Origin: Malacoraja senta
Taxonomy: Eukaryota
DNA: 34,212 nucleotides
Reading direction: 5' to 3'
NCBI GenBank assembly: GCA_038087875.1
Contig: JAXLNO010000401.1
Coordinates: 1 to 34,212 of the forward strand
Shown here piece after piece: positions 32,540 through 34,212 of this stretch (within the stretch, counting starts at the first letter, position 1; the number at the start of each line of letters is the position of its first letter). The notes under the pieces are model-generated. The model was given only the letters and a program-made list of their open reading frames with translations. It was not told the DNA's origin and ran no database searches. A program made the position numbers and the translations under genes.

Positions 32540-33180
32540 ACATAGAATACACCATAGAACAGTAAAGCACAGGAACGGGCCCTTCGTGTCACAATGTCTA
32601 TGCCAAGCATGATGCCAAGGCCAGCACATAATGCTGCTGCATATGAGCCATATCCCACCATTCCCTACACATCCATATGCCTATGCTTTTAAATGCCACT
32701 AACTTATCTGCTTCAACCGCCACCCCCGGCTGCGTGTTCCTGGCACCCACCACCCTCTGCGTTTAAAAAAAACAAACGTGCCCAACACATCTCCTTTAAA
32801 CTTTGCCTCTCTCACCTTAAACCTATGCCCTCTTGTATTTAATTTTTCCATGCTGGGAAAAGGAATCTGACGGTCTATCCTATCATAATTTTTATACTTT
32901 TTCAGATCTCCCTGCATCCTGACATTTCAGAGAAAACAATCCAAGTCTGTCCAACCCTATAGCTGATACCCCCTAATCCAGGCATTATTCTGGTCAACCT
33001 CGTCTGCACCGTTGCAAAGCCTCAACATCCTTCCTGTAATAGGATGACCAGAATTCCTCACAATACTCCAAATGCGGCCAAACCAAAGTCCTATAAAGCT
33101 AAATCGTTACTTCCTAACTGGTACTCGATACCGTGACCTGTGAAAGCAAGCATACCTTATGCCACCTCTACCACCATCCA
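32540..33180 (-). mobile_element. Old CR1 fragment
   Basis: ORF 32699-32917 (NTRGHRFKVR); catagaa tail. Confidence 0.75.
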
Positions 33181-33529
33181 CATCATGAATGTATATGAAC
33201 ACTGGGGGACCCAGTACTGATCTCTGCAGCATGATGCGCAGTGGCTCAGCAGTAGAGTTGCAGCCCTACAGCGCCAGAGACCCGGGTTTGATCCTGACTA
33301 CGGGTGCTGTCTGTACGGAGTTTGCATGTTCAACCCTTGACAGTGTGGGTTTGCTCCAGTTTCCTCCCACACTCCAAAGATGTTTTTTCCCCGAGTGCAT
33401 AATGGCTTGTAGTTTCCTATCTTGTCCTTAAATACACCACGTTAGCCCCCTTCAATCTTCTTTTACCTCACCTGTGGCTAAGGAAGGTGTGAGTCAAGAC
33501 CTCACCTGTGGCTAAGGTGAGGTAAACGT

Positions 33530-34212
33530 GTGATTAAATTGGTTGGCAGACCGGAAGCAAAGAGTAGGAGTGAACGGGTCCTTTTCAGAATGGCAGGCAG
33601 TGGCGAGTGGAGTGCCGCAAGGCTCGGTGTTGGGGCCGCAACTGTTTACCATATATATTAATGATTTGGAAGAGGGAATTAGGAGCAACACTAGCAAGGT
33701 TGCGGATGACACAAAGCTGGGTGGCAGTGTGAACTGTGAAGAGGATGTTAGGAGGTTGCAGGGTGACCTGGACAGGTTGAGTGAGTGGGCAGATGCGTGG
33801 CAGATGCAGTATAATATAGATAAATGTGAGGTTATCCACTTTGGCGGCAAAAATAAGGGGGCAGATTATTATCTCAATGGGGTTAGGTTAGGTATGGGGA
33901 AGATGCAGCGAGACCTGGGCGTCCTAGTACACCGGTCACTGAAAGTTGGCTTACAGGTACAGCAGGCAGTGAAGAAAGCTAATGGAATGTTGGCCTTCAT
34001 AACAAGAGAATTTCAGTATAGGAGTAAAGAGGTTCTTCTGCAGTTGTATAGGGCTCTGGTGAGACCACATCTGGAGTATTGTGTACAGTTTTGGTCTCCT
34101 AATTTGAGGAAGGACATCCTTGTGATTGAGGCAGTGCAGCGTAGGTTCACGAGATTGATCCCTGGGATGGCGGGACTGTCATATGAGGAAAGATTGAAAA
34201 GACTAGGCTTGT
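33530..34212 (+). mobile_element. CR1 RT fragment running off the window end
   Basis: SGVPQGSVLGPQLFTIYINDL...VADDTKLGG...WQMQYN. Confidence 0.9.

Noticed and set aside
33462..33526. Short direct plus inverted repeat (acctcacctgtggctaagg)
   Set aside because: Sits at a CR1 5' truncation junction; most simply repair or integration filler

Overview
Eukaryotic, repeat-dominated window. The repeat set (CR1/HER1-type LINEs, HE1/V-type tRNA SINEs, Penelope-like elements, Rex1/Babar fragments) suggests a cartilaginous fish, probably a skate (inference). The window lies inside a + strand spliced gene: seven exons (1409-30227) encode the VWA/Sec23-trunk-like region of a 'circularly permutated Ras protein 1-like' protein. 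The first four exons carry five single-base indels (assembly error or pseudogenisation); the last three are clean. The introns hold: one apparently full-length CR1 LINE (19277-23937; tandem-repeat 5'UTR, zinc-finger/SGNH-esterase ORF1, APE-RT ORF2); many truncated CR1s and SINEs; a young Neptune-type Penelope fragment with a 13-bp TSD and a hammerhead motif; a Harbinger-like MITE; a ~1 kb non-coding retroposon; and G/C-skewed minisatellites. Top observation: CR1 ORF1 ends on a U_UUA_AAC slippery heptamer directly before its stop, and ORF2 is in the -1 frame with no AUG until after its endonuclease domain. This points to programmed -1 ribosomal frameshifting in a vertebrate LINE.
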